NCBI GenBank assembly: GCA_963727775.1
Contig: CAVSHB010000003.1
Span: 416,001-480,000, forward strand
Direction: 5' to 3'
DNA length: 64,000 bases
Source of the DNA: an uncultured Nitrospiraceae bacterium
Lineage (GTDB): Bacteria > Nitrospirota > Thermodesulfovibrionia > Thermodesulfovibrionales > SM23-35
The position numbers were made by a program, and so were the translations under genes. The notes under the pieces are model-generated. The model made no database searches. It was not told where the DNA came from and saw only the letters and a list, made by a program, of their open reading frames with translations. Positions 32,277 through 42,535 of the stretch are shown here, piece after piece; positions within the stretch are counted from its first letter, which is position 1, and every line of letters begins with the position of its first letter.

Positions 32277-32933
32277 CTAAAACCCTTCTCTGTCTATCTT
32301 TCCTGCGCTAAAAAGTGATAGGGTTTTGTGAACAGTGCTGGGCTTTTGCTTTGTCTGCTTAGCAATCTGCCGAACTGATAGTTTTGGATTCTGCTCATGG
32401 ACCTCGATGATCTTGCGACGTTCTATCGGAGCGATTCCTTTCCTGCCGATCTGCTTTCCCTTTGTCCTTGCGTTTGCAATGCCTGCACGAACTCTTTCCC
32501 TGATTAATTCGCGTTCAAACTCGGCCATTGCACCAATAATGTGAAACATAAGCTTGCCCACAGGAGTCGTAAGGTCAATGTTCTCCTGGTAGGACACAAA
32601 TCCAACTCCCAGGCTATTAAGCTCATCAACGGATGCAATAAGATGCTTCAGAGATCTCCCAAACCGGTCCAGTTTCCATACAAGGACAACATCGATCTGT
32701 CTCTTTCTTGCAGCGTCCATGAGCAAGTCGAGCTTGGGCCTGCGGTCCTTGACGCCGGTAATATAATCAACATACTCCCCCTCAAGTTCCCATCCCCGTG
32801 CTAAACGATATTCCCGAAGAGGTTTCATTTGCATTTCAGGGTCTTGCCCCTTGTCTATAGTGCTGACTCTCCCGTAAATAGCAACTTTCAAGTTCTCTCC
32901 TCCATCAATCCCATTTCGATTATAATCTGACAA
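32277..32933 (-). CDS. Serine recombinase (resolvase/invertase)
   Basis: YGRVST catalytic motif, VWKLDRFGRS, GAMAEFERELIRERV, C-terminal HTH. Confidence 0.92.
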   Translation of the reverse strand: MSDYNRNGIDGGENLKVAIYGRVSTIDKGQDPEMQMKPLREYRLARGWELEGEYVDYITGVKDRRPKLDLLMDAARKRQIDVVLVWKLDRFGRSLKHLIASVDELNSLGVGFVSYQENIDLTTPVGKLMFHIIGAMAEFERELIRERVRAGIANARTKGKQIGRKGIAPIERRKIIEVHEQNPKLSVRQIAKQTKQKPSTVHKTLSLFSAGKIDREGF

Positions 32934-33062
32934 TCGTTATAGGGAAGAACGTGCCAATTATCGCCAACGATCTTGTGAATAGACAGTCTATCCCGGTAAA
33001 TAGCTTTTCTGAGAACACCTCCGCAACTGCTCACGCATCTGCCTCCCTGACCCGGGCCACAG

Positions 33063-33191
33063 ATTTCTTTTTTCGGTTTCCTCTGATAGATTTCCGAGGC
33101 AAGGTATTTCTCGCAGGTACGCCATACCCTTCTTGGGTCGGAGTCCTTCAAATGGCAGAATAGGTGGTTCATTTTGGCGTCCGTGTTTTCA
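33063..33191 (-). repeat. Diverged 129-bp copy of the 3' end of the YhaM-like gene (partner 33506-33634)
   Basis: Colinear alignment; both copies encode ENTDAKMNHLFCHLKDS...YLASEIYQRKPKKEI. Confidence 0.85.
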
Positions 33192-33476
33192 GCATATTTT
33201 ACTGGCAGTCATGATTTCTTTGACGCGCTCCATTCTTTTTTCTGCCTCAGACGCAAGACGCAGCAAAGTTCGCCCTTTAATCTCAAGATTCCCACAGAAG
33301 GTACCCATTACACTGATTGCATCCAGAACAGCAATGGCAAAACTCACATTACCACTGATCTCGTCGATCTGATCTATGTTCAATCGCCAAATCACTTCCG
33401 ATCTATTTTCCAGCATACCTTTCGCATTCACCTTTCTCATTGTCACCTTACCCTGCTCTCTGCCACGACTACTCAT
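33189..33476 (-). CDS. Hypothetical protein
   Basis: 95-aa ORF overlapping the upstream gene stop, GGAGG RBS. Confidence 0.45.
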   Translation of the reverse strand: MSSRGREQGKVTMRKVNAKGMLENRSEVIWRLNIDQIDEISGNVSFAIAVLDAISVMGTFCGNLEIKGRTLLRLASEAEKRMERVKEIMTASKIC

Positions 33477-34461
33477 ATGCGCCTACCTCCCTTAACCGGT
33501 CAGCTATTTCTTTTTTCGGTTTCCTCTGATAGATTTCTGATGCGAGGTACTTGTCATAGGAACTCCATTCTCTTTCTGGGGCAGAGTCCTTCAAATGGCA
33601 GAAAAGGTGGTTCATCTTAGCATCCGTGTTTTCAATATGATGAAGTGCAAGAGCCTCCGGCGTTGCCGGCCTGACGGGGCTACCGAACTCAAGGCTTCCA
33701 TGATGAGAAAGGACCATATGCCTAAGGAGCAGCCCGAGATCCTCCGGGAATCTTTTAATAAGACGCAGCTTATTATCAAGGATCATGATCCCCAGCGGTA
33801 TATGCCCCAGGAGCCTGCCTTCCGTCGTATAAGACCTTGTTATTCCCGGGGTTAACTCCCTTGTTTTACCGATGTCATGCAGGAGGGAACCTGTCAGAAG
33901 TAGGTCCCTGTCCAGCAGCGCGGGATACTTATCAGACATATATGCTGCATGTGACATGGTGTTCACTGAATGTTCCACTAACCCGCCCACGTAATTGTGG
34001 TGCACGGTCATCGCGGCCGGCGCGATTTTGAAGTCTTCCAGGAATTTTTGATCTGAAAAGAGCGATTCCAGAAGCAACCGGCAATTCATATCTTCGATCG
34101 TCTCGATCTTCTCATGCAATGAGTTCATCCAAAGATCCACCCCACCCGGTACCACATCCAAGAAATCTGCCATAACAATTTCCTTTTCGCGAACGGACCT
34201 TATCGCTTCTATAGTCAATATCAATGCCTCGTTATACATTTTCGTCTTTCCCTCAACATGTACGTATGCCACGCCCCTCAGATATTCCGCCTTCTCTTCG
34301 GGCTCATTCCAGATGTATCCCTTGAGCTGCCCGCTTTTGTCAGACAAGGTCAGAACGAGAAAGAACCGTTGATCTCTGGTCTTCCTTGTTTCGGCGGATT
34401 CAAGCGCAAAGAAAGTATTGACTTGCTCATTAGGTTTAAGGTCTGATTTCATCTGTTTCAT
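33469..34461 (-). CDS. YhaM/Cbf1-like OB-fold plus HD domain nuclease
   Basis: LTLSDKSGQLKGYIW (OB), APAAMTVHHNYVGGLVEH, LLHDIGK, ILSHHG-like VLSHHGSLEFGSP. Confidence 0.88.
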   Translation of the reverse strand: MKQMKSDLKPNEQVNTFFALESAETRKTRDQRFFLVLTLSDKSGQLKGYIWNEPEEKAEYLRGVAYVHVEGKTKMYNEALILTIEAIRSVREKEIVMADFLDVVPGGVDLWMNSLHEKIETIEDMNCRLLLESLFSDQKFLEDFKIAPAAMTVHHNYVGGLVEHSVNTMSHAAYMSDKYPALLDRDLLLTGSLLHDIGKTRELTPGITRSYTTEGRLLGHIPLGIMILDNKLRLIKRFPEDLGLLLRHMVLSHHGSLEFGSPVRPATPEALALHHIENTDAKMNHLFCHLKDSAPEREWSSYDKYLASEIYQRKPKKEIADRLREVGAYE

Positions 34462-34605
34462 TCTTCTCCCTCCTTTATTTATTAGTTATCTTTATCGATA
34501 TCCATTGTAATCCCCTATACTGACAATAATGCTATCCATCGTCCCATCAGGGATAAGACTAAAAGTAAAACCACCACTACCATGAGGATCACGCATGGTA
34601 TTCTT

Positions 34606-35199
34606 TTAAGCCGCCCTCTTTGATTTATTGATCAGGGTGCCCAGACTGAGAGGGTAACTCTCCGCCGCCACTCCGTAAGATCTTGCAATATTCCTCATAT
34701 TCCCATCGTTGGTCGCAAGGATTACATAATCCCCGGTATCCTGTTTTAACAGGATTACCGTGCCCACAATCCTGTTGTCGGCGACACTTGCAAGGTCATC
34801 GATTGCTGCGTGACTGTTGCATATTCTCACAATAGAGCCTGCAGATGTTATGGCCCCCAATTTAATGTCCTGGCGTCTGCTCAGCCTGTCGAGAATCCTT
34901 ATGACCTGTCTGGCGGGCTTCGCCCTTTCGGGATCCCAACTTCTCTTTAGACCGTCAAGCTCCTTAATGACCGCGCCGGGGATAACAATCTGACTTTTGC
35001 CGAGCTTGTAAAAAATATCCGGATCATCGATCAAAACGCACGTATCAAGCACATATGTCTTTCTATTCACCTGCAAGAGTCTCCTTTCTTTTCTTATGAG
35101 GGCTATGCACGGTATCAAGGCTTTTTTCTCTTCCCTCTGCATCCCTGGATAGATTTGCCTCTTAACTGAGCCTTCATGGTGTATCTTTTCTATGTCCAT
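34606..35199 (-). CDS. Stand-alone PIN domain protein (PhoH2-type PIN)
   Basis: YVLDTCVLIDDP, VIKELDGLK, ADNRI, LATNDGNMR. Confidence 0.8.
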   Translation of the reverse strand: MDIEKIHHEGSVKRQIYPGMQREEKKALIPCIALIRKERRLLQVNRKTYVLDTCVLIDDPDIFYKLGKSQIVIPGAVIKELDGLKRSWDPERAKPARQVIRILDRLSRRQDIKLGAITSAGSIVRICNSHAAIDDLASVADNRIVGTVILLKQDTGDYVILATNDGNMRNIARSYGVAAESYPLSLGTLINKSKRAA

Positions 35200-35658
35200 T
35201 AGTCCTTACTGTATATAAATTCGGACAGGCAATTTGTCAAGTTACTTACACCCAATTTTTTTCAAGAATGAAAATTTATTTTGGATGGACAGATTCTGAT
35301 TGAAATGGCCAAGGATCTCTCGGTTTGAAAACTCGATTTCAAGGGAATAATTTTTTGAGGTAGCACAGGTTAGTTGATATTCGTGTTGCAGCAGCGGACA
35401 GGCGCCGGGAAATTCGGGGGGGGGAATAGTAGGTGCGTCTGTTGTCTTATAAAATATCTATAAGATAAAGTATCGAATTATGGCGCGGTGGTGGCTAAAT
35501 CGTTCCTCACAGTAACCGATATATTAGGGGATACGGATTACTATGAGGAGTACGATCGGTATTTATCATGCAGGGTCCAAGATCATGGAAAACACCTCAG
35601 CAGGATTAAGGCCGTCCCCTTGTACCAGATGTCTGTCTTGTAATAATATAAACGCCAG

Positions 35659-36270
35659 ATGGAATTTAACGCCTCAGCACACATTTTTAAATCACCAAAA
35701 GTTAAAGCCATAATCAATGAGGCGATAGACTTTTTAAATAATACTCCTGCCCATGAACTACCTCCGCCAGAGTCGTTTATAGGGACCGGAGTTTACTGCT
35801 TGTATTATCTCGGCGGGCTTGAAATATACAATAAAATTGCCTGCGAGAACATCAAAGAATGTACAAAGCCGATCTATGTGGGTAAAGCTGTCCCAAAAGG
35901 ATGGAGGACAGCACGAGTGGCAAGTGATACTGATTCTACACTATACGGCAGAATACGACAGCACGCAAATAACATTACACAGGGGGAAGGACTAGAGATT
36001 AAAGACTTCCGTTGCCGGTTCATGATTTTGAAAGGCGACGAAAGCAATATGATAACAATTGTTGAAGCCGAGTTAATACGAAGGTATATGCCCCTATGGA
36101 ACACTGTTATTGATGGATTTGGCAACCACGACCCGGGAAAAGGAAGATACGATCAAGCGATCTCGGAGTGGGACGTATTGCACCCAGGTAGACCGTGGAT
36201 AAAGAGACAGAAAGGTCAACCACCGGATCTTACAAAAATCAAAACCAAGATAAAGGAAGCCTTGAAGTAA
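35659..36270 (+). CDS. Eco29kI-family GIY-YIG restriction endonuclease
   Basis: GVYCLYY...PIYVGKAVPKG, WNTVIDGFGNHDPGKGR, SEWDVLHPGRPW. Confidence 0.9.
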   Translation: MEFNASAHIFKSPKVKAIINEAIDFLNNTPAHELPPPESFIGTGVYCLYYLGGLEIYNKIACENIKECTKPIYVGKAVPKGWRTARVASDTDSTLYGRIRQHANNITQGEGLEIKDFRCRFMILKGDESNMITIVEAELIRRYMPLWNTVIDGFGNHDPGKGRYDQAISEWDVLHPGRPWIKRQKGQPPDLTKIKTKIKEALK

Positions 36271-37659
36271 TTACGGTTTTCTAAGGACTACTACTGCCTC
36301 ATAAAGCTGGTTTGAAGATTTAGTTTTTCCAACCCTTACCTCGGATTGAATAATACTATTGCCAACACGAGTCGCTCGCGGTATATCAATATTCACCAAT
36401 TCTAAGCCTGCGAATTCTGCGATCTTGCCGAAGTATTCATCTGTAGGAATCATCATGCCCTGCAAAATACTATTCCCTATAACGACTAAAGCCGTGCCAT
36501 TACGCTTTAAGACATAAAGGATCCCCTCCGCAAACTTTAGGCAATCGTTAAAATACGCAGCGGCATAGTTAGCCCAACCATTACCACCATAAACCCCTTT
36601 CCCCTTATTCAATTTTCTGAGTGCTTCAAGACGATCACGAATATCCGTTTCAGGCAAGGTAAAGGACAAATCAAGCCTCTTCATATCCCGAACAGTCTGC
36701 CAGAACTTACCAAAATTCATATTTTCAAGTTTCTTCAAATCCTCAGGTTTCTCGGCAAGCCCAAGCCAATAAAGCTGTGGGCGAGTATTCCTGTTGTAAT
36801 GGTAGTTATTCAAATAAGGCGGCGATGTAATAAGGAGATCTACAGATGCGGGCTGGATATGTTTTTTACATTCAAAAAAGGAATCATTGATAATTTTAGC
36901 ATCAAGTTTATGCCTAACCATATGCGATTGTAACCATGAAATATCTTCTGCGATATCGATTAACTTATTGGTTATGGCTCTAGCCACAGGAAAATCAAGG
37001 ATTTCATCCCTGCCAGCACTTACTCGCCGACCAAGGCTGGGTTCATAAGAATAGTTTGAATAACTTACCATGGTTGACGCAAATGCAAGCCGGAATAGTT
37101 CTCGAATTTCCTTTTTTTCAATATTCTGTATGAAGTCTTGCGCAACCAGAACCCTATGAAGAACCTTAGGACTATAAAAACTCGCCCTCGTCTTAAAGCC
37201 TTTAGGTGGTTCGCTATGCGGTTTATAATGCACTAACATTCTCTCCCTGAAGAACTCGCGAAAATCATCTACACTGGAAGAAAAAGTGTCTACATCAATC
37301 TTATGTGCATTTGCCTTTGTATGACTTGCAAGGAAGGCATAAGGATTGATTTCAAAGCCTATAGCATTATGCCCGCTAAGAATTGACTCAACAACCGTTG
37401 TACCAACACCGCAAAAAGGATCGAGAACCGTCCCTTTCTTCTTATGAAGGTGTCCTTCTATAGCACTTTTTACAAATTCGCTTGAAAAGCCAGCGATCCA
37501 AGGAACCCACCTATGCACAGGAAGCGTTTTATTGCTGGCAAAATTGGGATCGCTAAAGCCGGAACCATTACCTTTGACAGATGGCGAACCGTCATTAGAA
37601 GGAATGGCAGGCAATTGTAATTGTGCTACGAATTTACTCTTTATCTTTGTTGCTGCCAT
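36271..37659 (-). CDS. Amino-DNA methyltransferase (SPPY, probably N4-cytosine)
   Basis: VLDPFCGVGTT (motif I) precedes ITSPPY (motif IV); convergent with the endonuclease. Confidence 0.85.
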   Translation of the reverse strand: MAATKIKSKFVAQLQLPAIPSNDGSPSVKGNGSGFSDPNFASNKTLPVHRWVPWIAGFSSEFVKSAIEGHLHKKKGTVLDPFCGVGTTVVESILSGHNAIGFEINPYAFLASHTKANAHKIDVDTFSSSVDDFREFFRERMLVHYKPHSEPPKGFKTRASFYSPKVLHRVLVAQDFIQNIEKKEIRELFRLAFASTMVSYSNYSYEPSLGRRVSAGRDEILDFPVARAITNKLIDIAEDISWLQSHMVRHKLDAKIINDSFFECKKHIQPASVDLLITSPPYLNNYHYNRNTRPQLYWLGLAEKPEDLKKLENMNFGKFWQTVRDMKRLDLSFTLPETDIRDRLEALRKLNKGKGVYGGNGWANYAAAYFNDCLKFAEGILYVLKRNGTALVVIGNSILQGMMIPTDEYFGKIAEFAGLELVNIDIPRATRVGNSIIQSEVRVGKTKSSNQLYEAVVVLRKP

Positions 37660-37777
37660 ATTAAGTGTATCTATTTTCCCTCAAAAGACATCAATAAATC
37701 TACAACGTTGACCCTTTTCTCGCATTTACGCATGTAATGTTGTTCTCCAAGCGACAGATCGCTTTCCCATCGGGCGT

Positions 37778-38608
37778 TCATCGATATGCAACGGCTGCAA
37801 TTTTAGGATCAACGAGCTTGATCGTCTCGCCCGGTCTTAGGCCGGTCAACTTGCTGAACGCATCGGCTCCTATTCTTTCCGACAGGGAATTCTGAAACTG
37901 TATGGCAGCCTCATTGATTTTATTGGCCAACTCTGCTCCCTTCAGCCTCGCGTTGATTATAGAATGCTTTTCCTTCAGAAAATCAAGGTGGATATTCTTT
38001 ATATTTTGAGGATCAATATTTAGGAGCGAATGTCTTATCAACAGTGCCGCCTCCTCATGAATCAATTCATGACTGGGAATTTTAAGTTCTTTGACGGCGG
38101 ATTTATACAGCTGCTTTATGTCCTGAAAAAGCACATTGCCGGAGTCCCTATTTTCTTCTAAGTACTTTGCGTAGCACTTGTTGTATACCGTAGTTTTCCA
38201 TAGATCAAGAAACGCCTGTTGAAGGGGAGTATCGAGGGGATTGAAGTCCCCGTAAGTTCCGTAGGCAAGGCTGCTCAACCCGTAACCCTTGACACCATCG
38301 TCGATGGTTATCGTCCGGCCAGATGAATAAAGGAACAAATTCGCAGTCTGGTGGCAAACTCCGTTGACAGCGTATACTCCGATACCAGCTGTGTCCTTGA
38401 TATTGAAGATATTCCTCCTGTAGCAATCCGCAACGTCATAAATTGCTGCGCATGAAAACCTCAGAGTACCGGGCGTTTCCGTAGAGGATTGATGATCCCC
38501 CCAGCAGTTGAAATAGGTATTCTTGTCAGGACACCTAATGTAAGTATGCTGGGCATATTCTCCCAGATCCCCTTTGACATCGTACGACCACAACTCGAAT
38601 GTTTCCAT
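37778..38608 (-). CDS. Hypothetical protein (possible permuted papain-like His...Cys fold)
   Basis: ATG with GAGGAG RBS; QHTY...CWG...GVCHQTAN pattern. Confidence 0.6.
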   Translation of the reverse strand: METFELWSYDVKGDLGEYAQHTYIRCPDKNTYFNCWGDHQSSTETPGTLRFSCAAIYDVADCYRRNIFNIKDTAGIGVYAVNGVCHQTANLFLYSSGRTITIDDGVKGYGLSSLAYGTYGDFNPLDTPLQQAFLDLWKTTVYNKCYAKYLEENRDSGNVLFQDIKQLYKSAVKELKIPSHELIHEEAALLIRHSLLNIDPQNIKNIHLDFLKEKHSIINARLKGAELANKINEAAIQFQNSLSERIGADAFSKLTGLRPGETIKLVDPKIAAVAYR

Positions 38609-38856
38609 GTTTCTCTCCTCTTGATTTTTTCGATACATCCTATTTTTTCGTTTGATAAATGCGCATCTGTCTTCGTGACATCTTGTCTCACGTCATCAAA
38701 CAATTGTCGCGGCAGTGATAGAGATGCTTCGCATCATCTACCATCAACGCCAGGAGTACATTCTAAACAGCATGCCACAATTCCTATTGAATCAAAAGTC
38801 TTCCTGAGAACATTAACTGCAAAGTAGTGATACTGCTTTCCCACTTCCTTTCGTAT

Positions 38857-39912
38857 TTATAGTTGTATGAATTCCTCCTGCATACTTGCCGGTTGCATGT
38901 TGTTCTGATCCCAAGTTTTGACTCTGACATAATGCTTCGCATCGTCCTCATTCTTTTCAGTCTCGACAAAAGTAAAATCCTTTCCCTTATCATACTCACA
39001 CCATGTTCCAGTATTCGCATATATATACATATCTTCGCTCTCTTCGTTCATTTCATCAACGCGCAATTTATTGAGATCCTTATTGTGGGTATGGCCGAAA
39101 ATGATGATTCTATTCCGCTGCCTCAGATTCCATACTACAGGCCAAAGATTGTTTAGTTCCGCTTCAGCTGCCGATTTGCGTGGAATTAGATCATCATTCC
39201 ACTGACTATAGAGATTGCTATATCTTGTCCTAACATCTTCAATAGTAATGCTATCGGAAATGGTCTTTTCAACAGCAGTATTTACATTCAACCCGGCCTC
39301 ACGGGCAGCGGTGTCAAAGACATCCAAGACTGTTCCCTCTGAAATATTTTTTATGAATGTTCCCAGGTAACTCATTAGACTGTTATCACTTCCCGTTCGG
39401 GTAGCATTTGTAGCGGCAACACGTGATATGTAATATCCGATAGGCAAACGATCTGTCACGTCATTGATGGGATCCGCCGCGCAAAACATTGTATGTTCGC
39501 TCCCATGTGCGGCTAAAATATCATCTTGCCGGTATTCGTTTTGAAAACCAATATGCGGGAAGGTGGCCCGCAAGAAAGTCTCCGTAAGCGCCATATCGTG
39601 ATTTCCCGGAACATAAATTGTCTTCTTATTGTCGGAAAGATTTCTTAGATTTCGGATGATTTTTCCGTTGATGCCTGCGGCGATAATATCTTCAAAAGTT
39701 GGAGGAGGCGTATCGACCGGGCAAACCCAGTTGTCCATGATGTCGCCAAGTAAGATTATCTCATCGACATCCGAGTCGTTCAAATAATTTAAGAAATCTG
39801 CAAAGGCAGAGGCTTCTCTTTCACTGAGCCAATCATATACATGTCCGACATAACCCGGTTGAAAACTCTTCCCTGCTCCCATATGCACATCACTCACAAA
39901 GATGCGTTTCAT
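38857..39912 (-). CDS. Calcineurin-like metallophosphoesterase
   Basis: SDVH, LGDIMD, GNHD, AHG and FGHTH motifs; start at MKRIF. Confidence 0.88.
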   Translation of the reverse strand: MKRIFVSDVHMGAGKSFQPGYVGHVYDWLSEREASAFADFLNYLNDSDVDEIILLGDIMDNWVCPVDTPPPTFEDIIAAGINGKIIRNLRNLSDNKKTIYVPGNHDMALTETFLRATFPHIGFQNEYRQDDILAAHGSEHTMFCAADPINDVTDRLPIGYYISRVAATNATRTGSDNSLMSYLGTFIKNISEGTVLDVFDTAAREAGLNVNTAVEKTISDSITIEDVRTRYSNLYSQWNDDLIPRKSAAEAELNNLWPVVWNLRQRNRIIIFGHTHNKDLNKLRVDEMNEESEDMYIYANTGTWCEYDKGKDFTFVETEKNEDDAKHYVRVKTWDQNNMQPASMQEEFIQL

Positions 39913-40297
39913 CTTTCCTCCTTTTCCGCCATTGCTTGTCACAGAACTGTGGAAGCCATCCGGATCCCGTGTCTGTGCCAGATTTCCGGCTGTCGATACT
40001 CGAAATGTCTCCTGGTGATCTTGCACCACCTATGCTTTCCAATGACATTTTTGCAAACCTCCTCTGAGCCGCCATGGTCTCTTTCTACTATAAGCAACGC
40101 TATATTGTTTGTCAATATAAGTTACAATCATATCTGTTCTTCTTTTACTAACATTTAAATGCTGCGAAATCAGCATCTTATATTGCGTTCATTTCTTTTT
40201 CTGAAATTGTTTTATATAATTATATAAATAGTCAGTGGGCATGTTACTTTAAGTAGCTCTTGATATTTTGTTAATAACAGTGTAAGATGGCGTCAAA

Positions 40298-40636
40298 ATG
40301 ATTGACAAGAACTTCGGGAATCTTATCTATATTCTCATAGGCAGGAAAATCAAGGCACTACGTGAGAAAGCAGAATATAACCAGGAAGATCTGGCAACCG
40401 GCATTAAGGTCTCCCGGGCATCAATTGCCAACTATGAAAGTGGAAAACAAGCTATCTATATTGATGATCTTTATAGGGTAGCCGACTTTTTCAAAGTTGA
40501 AGTACATTCACTTTTGCCATCATTACAAGAGATAAGGTCTCAGTCGTTGCCTGAAAAGATACTCGATACGGCGAAGAATCTCAAAACGAGCGAAAAACAA
40601 GAAATAAAAGATTTTATAAAGAAAGTACAGTCTTAA
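40298..40636 (+). CDS. XRE-family HTH regulator
   Basis: IGRKIKALREKAEYNQEDLA...SRASIANYESGKQ. Confidence 0.88.
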   Translation: MIDKNFGNLIYILIGRKIKALREKAEYNQEDLATGIKVSRASIANYESGKQAIYIDDLYRVADFFKVEVHSLLPSLQEIRSQSLPEKILDTAKNLKTSEKQEIKDFIKKVQS

Positions 40637-40652
40637 TGGAGGTCATTGCAAA

Positions 40653-41180
40653 ATGAGAGGTAAAAGGCATGCGAAGATGAAAGCCAAGAAGCTCCTCCAA
40701 CAGTCTCGGTTTAATGTTGACAAAATTGACGTCGAGAATAACGACTTGTCTATCAAGGTGGAAGAGATCGCCGATTCATTGAGAATCAAAATTATCCGAC
40801 ATTCTTTTTCAGACGACGTTTCCGGTGTGTTCTTTAAGAAATCTGATCAACTTTATTTAGGGGTGAATGAACGTCATCACTCTCACAGACAGAGATTTAC
40901 GATTGCTCATGAAATTGGACACTATATATTGCATTCCGGCGAAATTCTGCATTACGACGTTAATAAGCATGACTTAGAGAGGGTCTATTTTCGCGCTGAT
41001 AATATTTCAGATCTGAGCGAAATTGAAGCAAATCATTTTGCTGCTGAACTACTTATGCCAGAGGACTTGATTTACAAATGCATAAATCACGGTATCCAAA
41101 AAATAAAGGATTTGGCTGACAAGCTAGACGTCAGTGAAGATGCTGTAAGATACCGTTTAACAAACCTTGGACTTCTATAA
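40653..41180 (+). CDS. ImmA/IrrE family metallo-endopeptidase
   Basis: RQRFTIAHEIGH (HEXXH), EIEANHFAAELLMP, C-terminal VSEDAVRYRL. Confidence 0.92.
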   Translation: MRGKRHAKMKAKKLLQQSRFNVDKIDVENNDLSIKVEEIADSLRIKIIRHSFSDDVSGVFFKKSDQLYLGVNERHHSHRQRFTIAHEIGHYILHSGEILHYDVNKHDLERVYFRADNISDLSEIEANHFAAELLMPEDLIYKCINHGIQKIKDLADKLDVSEDAVRYRLTNLGLL

Positions 41181-41215
41181 ATTGCTCTTGATATATTGTA
41201 ACGTGAACCAAATTT

Positions 41216-42532
41216 ATGTCTAAACATTACCATGAGGTAAGAGATCCTATCCATATTTTTATAAAATATGACTCGTACGAGCGTGACGTTTTAGACTCTA
41301 AGCCATTTCAAAGACTTCGACACATACACCAGCTTGGCATGACCTATCTTTTATATCCGGGAGCAACTCACAAGCGATTTGAGCATTCATTAGGCGTCAT
41401 GGAACTAGCAGGTAAGGTCTACGATGTGATAACGCATCCTAACAATCTTCTTCCAGAAATCAAAGACATCCTGCCCGAAATTGAACATAAGAAGGACTAT
41501 TGGCGTGATGTGATTCGTATGGCTGGGCTTTGTCACGACATGGGGCATCTCCCATTTTCGCACGCTGCGGAGGATCTTCTTCCAAAAGGTTGGGACCATG
41601 AACGCTTCACTGTAGAATTGATTTATTCCGATGAAATGCAGAAGATTTGGAAAAAGATGAAAATCGCGCCCGAAGATGTGGCAAAGCTCGCCGTGGGACC
41701 TAAAATACTGAAAATAAAGAAGGAGCAGTTCAGCACGTGGGAGGCATTGCTATCTGAAATCATCATAGGAAATGCGTTTGGAGTTGACCGCATGGACTAT
41801 TTACTTAGAGATTCCCGCCACGCTGGAGTTTCTTATGGCAACTTCGATCTCAATCGTCTTATTGAAACTTTAAGAATACTTCCAAAAAGTGAAGACGTTC
41901 TCGAGCCAACCCTAGGAATAGAATATGGTGGTATTCATGCAGCTGAGGCCCTACTGTTTGCGCGCTACTTCATGTTTACTCAAATGTATCTTCACCCTGT
42001 GAGAAGAATTTATGACCTTCACCTGAAAGATTTTTTATGTGAGTACTTGCCTGAGGGGAAATTTAGTACTGATCTTAACAGTTTCGTTCATCTTTCTGAT
42101 AACCAACTCATGTCTGATATGATGTCTGCAACTGAAGGACCGGCCGGTAATCTCCGAACCTTTGCAAAAAGAATTATTCATCGAAATCATTTTAAGGTGA
42201 TGTATCAGAAAAATCCTGCTGATGCTCACTTTCGTGTTTTTGCTCCAGGGCGCGTCATTTATGAAGCAGCAAAAGTTGAATTTGGTGAGGACGCTGTGAG
42301 ATACGATACATATTCAAAAGAAGCAGGTGCAATTGATTTCCCCGTCCTTTACGACGACAGGAGGATTGTATCATCTCTTTCTGCGTCAGATGCATTATCA
42401 AGAATTCCTGATGCAATGATTGACTTTGTCTTTATCGATCCTTACAAGAGAGAAGCAGCTCAAAAATGGCTCACAAAAAATAGAGAAGCAATATTTAAGA
42501 AAGCCAAAGAAAGAGAAGAGGAGGAGGAATGA
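41216..42532 (+). CDS. HD-domain phosphohydrolase (SAMHD1/YwfO-like dNTP triphosphohydrolase family)
   Basis: RDPIH, FQRLRHIHQLG, YPGATHKRFEHSLG, CHDMGHLPFSH, DRMDYLLRDS, RYFMFTQMYLH. Confidence 0.9.
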   Translation: MSKHYHEVRDPIHIFIKYDSYERDVLDSKPFQRLRHIHQLGMTYLLYPGATHKRFEHSLGVMELAGKVYDVITHPNNLLPEIKDILPEIEHKKDYWRDVIRMAGLCHDMGHLPFSHAAEDLLPKGWDHERFTVELIYSDEMQKIWKKMKIAPEDVAKLAVGPKILKIKKEQFSTWEALLSEIIIGNAFGVDRMDYLLRDSRHAGVSYGNFDLNRLIETLRILPKSEDVLEPTLGIEYGGIHAAEALLFARYFMFTQMYLHPVRRIYDLHLKDFLCEYLPEGKFSTDLNSFVHLSDNQLMSDMMSATEGPAGNLRTFAKRIIHRNHFKVMYQKNPADAHFRVFAPGRVIYEAAKVEFGEDAVRYDTYSKEAGAIDFPVLYDDRRIVSSLSASDALSRIPDAMIDFVFIDPYKREAAQKWLTKNREAIFKKAKEREEEEE

Positions 42533-42535
42533 ATT

